Shown: positions 62,946 through 64,000 of the stretch, in pieces
Layout: each line of letters opens with the position of its first letter
Position numbering within the stretch: the stretch's first letter is position 1
Source of the DNA: Diadema antillarum
Lineage: Eukaryota
Assembly: GCF_040938485.1 (NCBI RefSeq)
Contig: NW_027271601.1
Coordinates: forward strand, 2,790,001 to 2,854,000
Direction of reading: 5' to 3'
DNA: 64,000 bases
The notes under the pieces: generated by a model
Seen by the model: only the letters and a program-made list of their open reading frames with translations
What the model was told of the DNA's origin: nothing
Databases searched by the model: none
Position numbers and translations under genes: made by a program

Positions 62946-64000
62946 CTGCACGTTAATCACGTACTGCACTAATCTCTTTAAAGTCTAGCATTTGAATTTC
63001 ATTCAAACACTTGGAAAACTGGTTGCACTTTTGAAGGAAAAAAAAAGAAGAAGAAGGAAGAACCAGTCATGTTGCTTAAGAAGCTCAGTCTAGAAATCAT
63101 AATTGCGCTATCAATGGACACTACAAAACTCAGTATTTGATCCCATACTGATTGTTTTTCTTCAAAATTTGGCCAATGTTGGCCATGATACACTAGTGTG
63201 GCAGATCTTTGTACTGAAAGGTATCACGCTAATTCCCCCTATTGACTGCATTACACATGGTCATTTCACAAGGATCAACCAGTACTAATGTATGTAGGCC
63301 CCTATATTATGATGCCAAAGTTGAATGGGCAATTTACAGTATACTCCCCCTGATGTCCACCAACTACCATAGTCACCCCCCCCCCCCCAATACCTGAAAG
63401 TGATTTACATCAAACACATCGAAAACACTTCATATCTACTTCATATCTGACTACCAATACAGATGAAGTTTGATGAAACGTTGCATATCTCTATGAGATT
63501 TACTGGTCTCACATATCACTTTAAACCACTCAGCATGCCAATGGACCGAGCTGAAATTTCATCTTTTTCCAATAAAATGTAAATTTGTTTGTGCAGTAGT
63601 AATGCTCCACAGTATAGGGTTAAGGAGCAAATCAAAATCCAATTTACTTGTACCATCAATAGCCTTACATTCCAAGCCAATATGGTGATACATAAATAAA
63701 CCCACGTAATTTGTAAAGTGCATACCACCCTCATACATCGATTATTTGATTGATACAGACTTTAACTTGTGTGCAAGTTAATACATAAAATGTGCTCTGA
63801 GGTCAATGACTTGGTAAACCTGACAGTGACCTGTAAATGGTTTGTTTCTATGCAGTATTCCAGGTTTAGTATAATACATCTTTGCACTGAGCTGTGTCTA
63901 GGACCTAGGTAATACACATGGTCTGAGTACTGACCAGAAAATATTTTCCAGAGAAATAACTATCTCCCTCCATGCTTTAAAAACATATTTCCAGTCCAAA

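Overview
Eukaryotic, AT-rich, intron-rich animal genomic DNA; repeat content suggests a marine invertebrate, possibly an echinoderm (inference). No prokaryotic operons, rRNA genes or CRISPR arrays were found. Spliced genes reconstructed by hand from GT-AG boundaries and phase: (1) a RacA/RhoBTB-like Rho GTPase on the minus strand (4 coding exons, 4923->1222, no further exon found in the window); (2) a complete ATP6V1F (V-ATPase subunit F, 121 aa, minus); (3) a complete TMUB1/2 homologue (429 aa, plus), head-to-head with ATP6V1F; (4) a Lasp (LIM-nebulin-SH3) gene on the minus strand, 43035->35591, whose first LIM exon I could not find; (5) upstream of it on the same strand, a second nebulin-family linker+SH3 module with its own stop codon (50260->48873), plus phase-compatible candidate micro-exons and a transposon-borne candidate first exon. 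The Lasp architecture is the most unusual feature. The rest is dense with non-autonomous DNA transposons, many with readable target-site duplications, plus a Helentron-type element, a tRNA-derived SINE and microsatellites. All coordinates were read manually and family names come from recalled consensus motifs, not database searches.
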